Assembly: GCA_016206675.1 (NCBI GenBank)
Contig: JACQRD010000047.1
Location: 1-37,040, forward strand
DNA length: 37,040 nucleotides
Source: Candidatus Omnitrophota bacterium
GTDB lineage: Bacteria; Omnitrophota; Gorgyraeia; Aquiviventales; Aquiviventaceae
Reading direction: 5' to 3'
This document shows, piece by piece, positions 26,696-33,572 of this stretch; position 1 is the first letter of the stretch; every line of letters begins with the position of its first letter. The notes below the pieces were generated by a model. That model saw only the letters and a list, made by a program, of their open reading frames with translations, was not told where the DNA came from and did not search any database. A program made the translations under genes and the position numbers.

Positions 26696-27327
26696 AACAC
26701 GCAGGCAAGCAGAGGGCTGCGCGCCCGGTTGCGCTGCTGCTGCTGGCCGCCGCCGCGGCCCTGGTGTGGCACGGACCCCCGGCGGCCCAAGCCGTCTCCG
26801 GCGCGTCTTCCCCATCGATCGGTGCGACGGTTCCCGCGCAGGTCGGTTCCTGGGCGGGCCGGGCCCTGTCGGTTGAAGACCGGGCGAAAGCGCTCCTTGA
26901 GACGGACGACGTCGTCCTTATGGAGTATCGCCATGGCGATCAGCCGCCGGTGTGGCTGGCGTTCGTGGCCGGCTTCGGCAATCGCGCCGCCTTCCACCCG
27001 CCCGAGCTCTGCTATGTGGGCAGTCACTTTGAGGTCATGCAGCGTGCGCCGGTGATATTGGCCGTCAACGGGGCGGCCCATCGGCTGATGCGCCTGGTCG
27101 TCCGGCAGAATCGCCAGCACTACGAAGCCTGGTACTGGTTCACCGCCAACAAGCGGGTGACCTCCAACTACTACCAGCAGCAGGCATGGCTGATGTGGGA
27201 CACCATCCGGGGCCGCCCCGCCTCAGGCACCCTGGTGCGGATTTCCACGCCGCTGGACGACCCTCGCGCCACCCATGCCCGCCTGCTGGATTTCGTCACC
27301 GCCTGGGAGGAGCGCGCCGGCTCATGA
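26692..27327 (+). CDS. EpsI-family exosortase-associated protein
   Basis: VGSWAG, HPPELCY, WYWF, LVRIS motifs; coupled to exosortase. Confidence 0.88.
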   Translation: MKHAGKQRAARPVALLLLAAAAALVWHGPPAAQAVSGASSPSIGATVPAQVGSWAGRALSVEDRAKALLETDDVVLMEYRHGDQPPVWLAFVAGFGNRAAFHPPELCYVGSHFEVMQRAPVILAVNGAAHRLMRLVVRQNRQHYEAWYWFTANKRVTSNYYQQQAWLMWDTIRGRPASGTLVRISTPLDDPRATHARLLDFVTAWEERAGS

Positions 27328-28499
27328 GCACTCCCGGTGCGATTGACCCCTCCGAGCGGGTGTGGTACGCTACAGCCCTTCATCCCCGGCATCGCACGGC
27401 AACCGTAAGGCGGATCATGGCGTCTCCCAATCTCCAATCTGATGAATGGGAGCAACTCTGCCGCATCGCTCCCTGCGGCATGATGTTGCTGGACAGCCAC
27501 GCGATGATTCGTTTTCTCAACGGGGCCGCCTCGAAGCTGCTCGGCATTGACCTCCACCTGTCGATCGGCCAGTCGTTGGCGGATGCGCTGCCCGCGTGGA
27601 AGGAGACGCCGCTCTACGCCAGCCTGCCCTCGCTGATGGGAGCCCAATCCACGTTCGAAGCCATCGATTTCGACGTGCCCGGCCGCGACAAGAAACGGCT
27701 GCGGGTTTCTGCCGCGCACATCCCTGGCGCGGCGCAGCAGGCCCGCGGGGTGTTGCTGACCATCGTGGAGGATTCAGAGGTCGCCAGCCTGGAGCAGCGG
27801 CTCCATCGGGCGGAGTACCAGGCCTCCATCGGCAAGCTGGCCCGCGGCATCGCGCATGAGCTCAACAGCCCGCTGGACGGCGTGCTGCGCTACACGCACT
27901 TAGCACTTGAGCAGCTGGTGAGCGACTCCACCGTTCGCGAGTACCTCATCCACGTCAAGGAAGGCTTAGACCGGATGGTGCGCGCGGTGCGGGCCTTCCT
28001 GGAGTTCTCCCGCCAGGTCACCACCCCCGTCACCCGCGTGGCGGATCTGAACAAGCTGGTTGACGACGCGCTGCTGCTCGTGCAGCACCGGGCCAAGTTC
28101 CAGCAGGTGCAGGTGCTCAAGCGCTACGACCCGCATTTGCCGGAGGTGCTCGACGGGGGGCTGCAACACGCCATCGTCAACCTGATCAAGAACGCCTTCG
28201 ATGCGATGCCGCGCGGGGGGACGCTCACGATCACCACGCGCAAAAACGAGGATCACGTAGACGTCGACGTGGAGGATACCGGGGCCGGCATTCCGGAAGA
28301 GTTGCATTCCCGCATGTTCGAGCCGTTCTTCTCCACCAAGCCGATCCACCAGGGCAGCGGACTGGGCCTGATCATCGCCAAGGAAGTGGTGGAGCGCTCC
28401 GGGGGCACCATCGAATTCACCAGCCAGCCGGGGGCGGGGACGACGTTCCGCATCCACGTGCCGGCCGCGCCGGCCGACAGCCAAACGAATGGAACGTAA
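27324..28499 (+). CDS. PAS-domain sensor histidine kinase (alternative start 27417)
   Basis: PAS-like LLD...FLNGAASKLLG; H-box AHELNSPL; NLIKNAFDAM, DTGAGI, FEPFFSTK, GSGLGL. Confidence 0.93.
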   Translation: MSTPGAIDPSERVWYATALHPRHRTATVRRIMASPNLQSDEWEQLCRIAPCGMMLLDSHAMIRFLNGAASKLLGIDLHLSIGQSLADALPAWKETPLYASLPSLMGAQSTFEAIDFDVPGRDKKRLRVSAAHIPGAAQQARGVLLTIVEDSEVASLEQRLHRAEYQASIGKLARGIAHELNSPLDGVLRYTHLALEQLVSDSTVREYLIHVKEGLDRMVRAVRAFLEFSRQVTTPVTRVADLNKLVDDALLLVQHRAKFQQVQVLKRYDPHLPEVLDGGLQHAIVNLIKNAFDAMPRGGTLTITTRKNEDHVDVDVEDTGAGIPEELHSRMFEPFFSTKPIHQGSGLGLIIAKEVVERSGGTIEFTSQPGAGTTFRIHVPAAPADSQTNGT

Positions 28500-29895
28500 C
28501 CGCATCCTGGTCGTCGACGACGACCCCCTCATCCGCGGCTCCCTCTACGAGATGCTCCGCGGGCGGCACTACGACGTCGAAATGGCGTCCAACGGTGCTG
28601 AAGCGATGGAGCACCTGAAGCGCCGCAAGTTCCAGCTCGTGCTCACGGATTGGAAGATGCCGCAGATCGACGGCATGAGCCTCTTGGCCCACATCAAGCG
28701 CGCGCAGCCGGAGGTCAACGTCGTCCTCATCACGGGCTTTGGCAACATCAGCTCGGCGGTGGAGGCGATGCGGGAGGGCGCCTTCGACTACCTCACCAAG
28801 CCGATCCAGCCGGAAGAGCTGGAGGCGACGATTCAGCGAGCCCTGAGCGAGTACATCGTGCCCGGCAGCCCGGAGGGCGACGGGTTCAACGATCCGTTCG
28901 CCGGCATCGTCTCGCAGGACCCGGCGATGAAGAAACTCTTCGGCATGATTGAATCCATCGCCGCCACACCGGCTACGGTGCTGCTGGAAGGGGAGAGCGG
29001 CACCGGCAAGCGCGTCATCGCCCATGCCATCCACCGGGCGGATCCCAAGCGCTGCCACCATCCGTTCGTTGAGATCAGCTGCGGGGCTTTGCCGGAGACG
29101 CTGCTGGAGAGCGAGCTCTTCGGGCACGTGAGGGGCTCCTTCACCGGCGCGATCCGTGATAAGCAGGGGCGCTTCGAGCTGGCCGACGGCGGCAGCGTGC
29201 TGCTGGATGAGATCGACGCCTTCACGCCGGCGCTGCAGGTGAAGCTGCTGCGGGTGATTCAGGACCGGCTCTACGAGCGGGTGGGCGATACGCGCACGGT
29301 GCGTGTGGATGTGCGCATCATCGCCGCCACCAACCGCAGGCTCTCCGAGCTGGTCAAGCAGGGCAAGTTCCGCGAAGACCTCTACTACCGGCTGAACGTC
29401 ATCTGCCTGCGGCTGCCGCCGCTGCGCGAGCGCAAGGTGGATCTGCCGCTGCTGATCGACCATTTCATCGCCCGCAGCAGCCAGGCGATCGGCAAGAGCA
29501 TCAGCGGAGTGACGGATGAGGCGATGCAGTTGCTGACCGCCCACCCCTGGCCCGGCAACGTACGCGAGCTGGAAAACGTCATCGAACGGGCCGTGATTCT
29601 GGCTAGGCATGCGAAGATCGGCGCGGAGGATTTGTCCGAGGAGTTGGGAGGCGAGGGCAGTGCTACAGCGCCCGATGAGGCTGTGCCATCCGCTGCGCCC
29701 TCCGCCGGTCACGCCTCCGACAGCGCCGGCTGGGCGCTGAAGGACGCGCTGCGCATGCCAGAGCGCGATCTGATTTTGAAAGTGCTGGCTGAGGTGCGAT
29801 GGAACCGCTCGGAAGCCGCCAAGCGGCTAGGGATCCATCGCTCCACCCTGTATCACAAAATCAAACAGTTGGGGATCGATACCTCGTCGAAATAG
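28489..29895 (+). CDS. Sigma54-dependent response regulator (NtrC/AtoC type)
   Basis: REC (VVDDD, TDWKMP), GESGTGK, ESELFGHVRGSFTGA, WPGNVRELEN, Fis HTH. Confidence 0.96.
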   Translation: MERNRILVVDDDPLIRGSLYEMLRGRHYDVEMASNGAEAMEHLKRRKFQLVLTDWKMPQIDGMSLLAHIKRAQPEVNVVLITGFGNISSAVEAMREGAFDYLTKPIQPEELEATIQRALSEYIVPGSPEGDGFNDPFAGIVSQDPAMKKLFGMIESIAATPATVLLEGESGTGKRVIAHAIHRADPKRCHHPFVEISCGALPETLLESELFGHVRGSFTGAIRDKQGRFELADGGSVLLDEIDAFTPALQVKLLRVIQDRLYERVGDTRTVRVDVRIIAATNRRLSELVKQGKFREDLYYRLNVICLRLPPLRERKVDLPLLIDHFIARSSQAIGKSISGVTDEAMQLLTAHPWPGNVRELENVIERAVILARHAKIGAEDLSEELGGEGSATAPDEAVPSAAPSAGHASDSAGWALKDALRMPERDLILKVLAEVRWNRSEAAKRLGIHRSTLYHKIKQLGIDTSSK

Positions 29896-29922
29896 CGCCG
29901 TCCCCCGCCTCGGCCACACCTC

Positions 29923-30501
29923 ATGCCCTCTATCTCCGCGTCCCCGTCTGCGCCTACGCTGCTTGAAGGCGTGGAGCCCGCCCGGTGGCAGCGCCTCCAG
30001 GATCGCTTGGCCCATGTCCTCGGCGTGCCGATTCGGACCGTGGGGCTCTCCCGCGAGCTGCTCGTCCCGCCCAGCTGGCCCTCCAGCCTGGTCAACGACC
30101 AGACCATCGCCTTGTTGCGCGCCGGGGAGGAGCTGGAGCAGCTGATTCCGTCTGGGCAGCTGCTGCGCGAGGTCGCCAGCGTCACCACGACCCTTGGGGC
30201 CACCTACGCCGCAGTGCCGATGCGCGCCGCGCCGGAGTTGATCCTTGCCTACGTGGTGATCGGCCCGATCGTGGTGGGAGTGCGCGAGGAGGAGCTGCAA
30301 TTCCGCCAGCGAGTGCACGCGATGGGGCTTGATGCCTCCGCCCTGTGGCCGCTGATGCTCTCCCTGCGGCTGTATTCTTTCAGCGGGCTGCGAGCGCTGC
30401 TGGATCTGATCGAAGATCTCACCGGCCTGCTGGCTGAAATGGCCTATCGAAAGACCGGGGACGGTTCTCATTTTCCCGTCGGATCAATGCCGGGAAAATA
30501 A
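29923..30501 (+). CDS. Stand-alone PocR-like ligand-binding domain protein
   Basis: WQRLQDRLAHVLGVPIRTV...AAVPM...YVVIGP pattern resembles PocR sensor domains. Confidence 0.55.
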   Translation: MPSISASPSAPTLLEGVEPARWQRLQDRLAHVLGVPIRTVGLSRELLVPPSWPSSLVNDQTIALLRAGEELEQLIPSGQLLREVASVTTTLGATYAAVPMRAAPELILAYVVIGPIVVGVREEELQFRQRVHAMGLDASALWPLMLSLRLYSFSGLRALLDLIEDLTGLLAEMAYRKTGDGSHFPVGSMPGK

Positions 30502-30510
30502 GAACCGTCC
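30459..30510. repeat. 20-bp-arm inverted repeat overlapping stop codon
   Basis: ggacggttctcattttcccg / cgggaaaataagaaccgtcc (19/20 complementary). Confidence 0.8.
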
Positions 30511-30592
30511 TGCTCTGTCGAAAACCGCCCCGCCAGCGCCGTTGCGCCGCCGGACGCCTGGCTTCAGTGGACCGGCGCGGGGGGCCTGCAGG

Positions 30593-30976
30593 GCCAGCGG
30601 CGGCGGGGCCGGCCGCTCGCTCCGGTGCGGGCTCCGGGCGCCCGGAGGGCGTCGACCCGGCCGGCCAACTCCTCGCCGGTTAGGCTCGTCGGACAGGCCG
30701 GCCGTGTCTCAAAATCAGGTCGCCGCCTCCGGGCTGAGCCCGCACAGTCGCTCGCGGTCCGGCCCACGCCGCCGCTGGCTGTGTTTCGTGGGCTAGTAGT
30801 GCCGCAGGCACCCCCGGCGAGCGACTATGCGGTTCAGCCTGGCGCAGGCGGACTGCTGTTAGAGCCCCCGGCCGTGCTGTTTGAGGCGCCGGTTAAGCGG
30901 CGCCGAGTTCACGGCCGGGTCCGCCGAGCCGGGCGTCTCGGAACCGCATCGGAGCGAGCCGGGGTGCCGGCGGCAC
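30593..30976. other. Unassigned structured element: two ~180-nt imperfect hairpins that are inverted copies of each other
   Basis: Multiple nested 7-13 bp stems in each half with compensatory differences between halves (see findings). Confidence 0.8.
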
Positions 30977-31003
30977 AGAGGAGCGGCCGCGGTGGCGCCA
31001 GTC

Positions 31004-31032
31004 TTGCGAGTGTGAAAGTTTTCACATATAAT
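31004..31032 (+). promoter_or_regulatory. Sigma70 promoter with palindromic operator in spacer
   Basis: TTGCGA-17 nt-TATAAT; spacer holds TGTGAA-agtt-TTCACA (31011-31026). Confidence 0.88.
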
Positions 31033-31067
31033 GAAGTCTCTTCGTTCCATCGCGTAATTTCCCATCC

Positions 31068-31595
31068 GTGAAAGGGTTGGCGTTGCACGGGTCAGTCATC
31101 GAAGGATTCCTGGAGCAGGTCGCGCGCCGGGGATCATGGTTCGGGGGAGGCAGCGTGGCGGCGCTTGGCGCCGCGATGGCTGCGGCTCTGCTGGAAAAGC
31201 TGATCACCGACGCCGCCACCGCGCGGCGATTAAAGCGCATCCGGCGGCGGTGCGTGGCCCTCATTGATCACGACGCTGCCACCTTCTCGCGCGCCATCGC
31301 CGCCACCCGCACCGGACGACGCCGCGACTTCACGCGGGCCCTGAAGCGCGCGACGGAGGTGCCGTATCAGGTCTTCGCCGACGCGCACGCCATCCGCGCG
31401 ATCGGGCGCGCCACGCGGCAGGCGATCAAGCCGCGGTTTCAATCCGATGTGCGTTGTGCCGTGGCGCTGGCCGAGGCGGCCGCCCGCTCATCGGAGACGT
31501 TGATCCGCACCAACTTGACGTGGCTGAAGGACCGGGCGTATACGGCGCATATGAGCCGCCGATTGCGCAAGGCCTGCCGGCCTCATGTTGGTTGA
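31068..31595 (+). CDS. Cyclodeaminase/cyclohydrolase (FTCD_C, FchA-like)
   Basis: FLEQVA...GGGSVAALGAAMAAAL, LIDHDAATF, ATEVP, SDV...NL; adjacent to folD. Confidence 0.8.
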   Translation: MKGLALHGSVIEGFLEQVARRGSWFGGGSVAALGAAMAAALLEKLITDAATARRLKRIRRRCVALIDHDAATFSRAIAATRTGRRRDFTRALKRATEVPYQVFADAHAIRAIGRATRQAIKPRFQSDVRCAVALAEAAARSSETLIRTNLTWLKDRAYTAHMSRRLRKACRPHVG

Positions 31596-32463
31596 GACTC
31601 CGACCACACTCCCGATGTCGACGCTCCTCGATGGCAAAGCACTCGCCGAGCAGATCAAGCAGCAGCTGCAGCGCGAACTGCACACCCTGCCGAAGCAGCC
31701 CACCCTGGGAATCGTCTCGTTCGACGCGCCGGCCTCTTCGGTCTATTGCCGCGCCCAATGTCTGCAAGCGAATGCACTGGGTATTCGCACGCGGGTGGAA
31801 CAGCTGCCGCTGAACGTCACCCCGCAGCGGGTGGAGCAGCTCATCCAGGCCTGGAACGCCGATGCGGCGGTGCACGGGATCTTCGTCCATCAGCCGATGC
31901 CGCCGCAGATCGACGCCCAGCGGGTGTCCTCAATCATCAATCCGGATAAGGACGTCGAAGGCATCCATCCGCAGCACTCCGCCCGCCGCTTCTTTGCGCG
32001 CGCGCGCATCGGCTCCTGCACCGCGCTGGCGGTCATGGCGTTGATCGAATCGACCGGGGAGCCGCTCGAAGGCAAGGAGGCGGTGGTGGTGGGCCACAGC
32101 GACATCGTCGGCCGCCCGGTGGGGATGCTGCTGCTGGATGCGCTGGCGACGACCACCATCTGCCACGTCGGCACCGACCGCGCCAAGAGGCTGGAAGAGC
32201 ACGTGCGCCGCGCCGACGTGCTGGTCGTGGCCGTGGGCAAACCCCAGTTCGTCAAAGGGGAGTGGATCAAGCAGGGCGCGATCGTCATCGACGTGGGGAT
32301 CAACGTCGTCGGCGGCCATGTGAAGGGCGACGTTGAATTTGAAGCGGCCACAGCGCGGGCGAAATACATCACCCCTGTTCCTGGCGGTGTTGGGCCGGTC
32401 ACCGTGATGATGGTGATGAAGAATACGATCGAAGCGTTCAAGCTCCAGCAACGGTCGGCATGA
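31585..32463 (+). CDS. folD: Methylenetetrahydrofolate dehydrogenase (FolD family); alternative start 31615
   Basis: LLDGKALA, KDVEGIHP, ADVLVVAVG, IDVGIN, ITPVPGGVGPVT. Confidence 0.94.
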   Translation: MLVETPTTLPMSTLLDGKALAEQIKQQLQRELHTLPKQPTLGIVSFDAPASSVYCRAQCLQANALGIRTRVEQLPLNVTPQRVEQLIQAWNADAAVHGIFVHQPMPPQIDAQRVSSIINPDKDVEGIHPQHSARRFFARARIGSCTALAVMALIESTGEPLEGKEAVVVGHSDIVGRPVGMLLLDALATTTICHVGTDRAKRLEEHVRRADVLVVAVGKPQFVKGEWIKQGAIVIDVGINVVGGHVKGDVEFEAATARAKYITPVPGGVGPVTVMMVMKNTIEAFKLQQRSA

Positions 32464-32482
32464 ATCTCAAGTGGCGGGTGAC

Positions 32483-32566
32483 GCGGAGACGTTCCCGAGA
32501 GGGAGGCCCGGACACGCCCTCGTCTCGTGGCGGGGAGAGGGAGGGTTCCCCGAGGGAACGTTCCGC
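32483..32566. repeat. Intergenic imperfect hairpin between folD and metF
   Basis: gcgga-g-acgttccc / gggaacgt-tccgc outer stem with inner GC-rich stems. Confidence 0.6.
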
Positions 32567-32596
32567 GGCAGGACCCGCCACTATCGCGATACAACG

Positions 32597-33496
32597 ATGA
32601 ATTTTCCTGACGCGAATCGATTCGAGCAGAAGCTCGGCAAGAAGTTCCTGGTCACCCTGGAAGTCAACCCGCCCAAGGGCACCGACCTCACCGAGATCCT
32701 GGCCGCGGTCAGGCAGGTCGGCGGCCTGGTCGATGCCCTCAACGTCACGGACGGCTCCGGCGCGATCATGCGGGCCTGCTCGCTGGCCGTCGCCAAGCTG
32801 GTGCTCGATGCGGGTGTGGATCCGATCCTGCAGATGACCTGTCGCGACCGCAACCGGCTGGCCCTGCAGGCGGACCTGCTGGGTGCGGCGATGCTGGGCA
32901 TCCGCAATGTGCTGGTGCTCACCGGTGATGATCCCAAATCCGGCGATCATCCGGAGGCGAAGCCGGTCTTCGACATCAACTCCGCCACGCTAATGCAGGT
33001 AGCACGGGGGCTTATCCAGGGCAAGGACATGGCTGGCAAGGCGCTTACCGGCAGCCCGCGCTACTGTATCGGCGCAGCCGCCGATTGCGGCGCGAAGGAT
33101 CTTGAGGTCGAGCTGCAGAAGTTCAAGGCGAAGGTCGACGGCGGGGCGCAATTCTTCCAGACGCAGGCCGTCTTCGATACGCAGCCATTGCGCGCCTTCA
33201 TGCAGCGTGCCACACCATTCAACACGCCGGTGTTGGCGGGCATCTTGCTGGTGAAGTCGGCGAAGATGGCGCGGTACATGAACGAGCACGTCTGGGGCAT
33301 CCATGTCCCGGACGCACTGATGGCTCGCTTTGAGCAGGCGAAGGATGCCAAAGCGGAGTGCGTGGCCGTCACCGTGGAGCTCATCAAGGCGGTGCGCGGC
33401 ATCGCGGACGGCATCCATCTCTACGCGCTCGGTTGGGAATCCCTGGTTCCCACCATCTTGAAGGAAGCAGGAGTAGAGCGTTCATTCGTTCATTAG
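32597..33496 (+). CDS. metF: 5,10-methylenetetrahydrofolate reductase
   Basis: TLEVNPPKG, NVTD, QMTCRDRNRLALQADL, LTGD, FFQTQAVFD. Confidence 0.93.
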   Translation: MNFPDANRFEQKLGKKFLVTLEVNPPKGTDLTEILAAVRQVGGLVDALNVTDGSGAIMRACSLAVAKLVLDAGVDPILQMTCRDRNRLALQADLLGAAMLGIRNVLVLTGDDPKSGDHPEAKPVFDINSATLMQVARGLIQGKDMAGKALTGSPRYCIGAAADCGAKDLEVELQKFKAKVDGGAQFFQTQAVFDTQPLRAFMQRATPFNTPVLAGILLVKSAKMARYMNEHVWGIHVPDALMARFEQAKDAKAECVAVTVELIKAVRGIADGIHLYALGWESLVPTILKEAGVERSFVH

Positions 33497-33563
33497 TTCA
33501 ATTGTTCAATGGTTCCGCAGAGAGCGGAACCGTTGAGCCAATGAACTATTGAGCCATTGAACG
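33479..33563. repeat. Inverted octamer tandem repeat at metF/gcvT junction
   Basis: cgttcatt cgttcatt agttcaat tgttcaat ggttccgc agaga gcggaacc gttgagcc aatgaact attgagcc attgaacg. Confidence 0.8.
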
Positions 33564-33572
33564 CAGTTGACG

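Noticed and set aside
28417-29712. Long antisense ORFs (e.g. 28417-29712, 3034-3996, 4078-5067, 17529-18743, 20099-21160, 33546-34676)
   Set aside because: Shadow frames of well-supported + strand genes in high-GC DNA
30655-30700. HDV-like ribozyme (ggccggc...ctcctcgc resembles HDV P1/L3)
   Set aside because: P3, P1' and the following GG for P1.1 cannot be formed in the right order
30593-30976. Integron attC sites or 6S RNA
   Set aside because: gttaggc/ctctaac-like words are internal rather than at the hairpin ends, and there is no integrase or cassette. Length fits 6S but there is no symmetric central bubble, and two inverted copies would be atypical. Not fully excluded without an Rfam/IntegronFinder run.
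30542-31071. ORFs 30542-30796, 30625-31071, 30564-30767 and 30859-31065
   Set aside because: Arg/Pro/Gly-rich translations of GC-rich palindromic DNA; no RBS or motifs; two overlap the sigma70 promoter
32471-32596. N-terminal extension of MetF from GTG 32471, and similar over-long starts at 9257, 12310, 15325, 20884, 24865, 25712, 26077 and 27186
   Set aside because: Extensions overlap upstream genes or hairpins; downstream ATGs match family N-termini and mostly overlap the previous stop codon
33479-33572. Glycine riboswitch before gcvT
   Set aside because: No aptamer consensus; the region is an octamer inverted repeat
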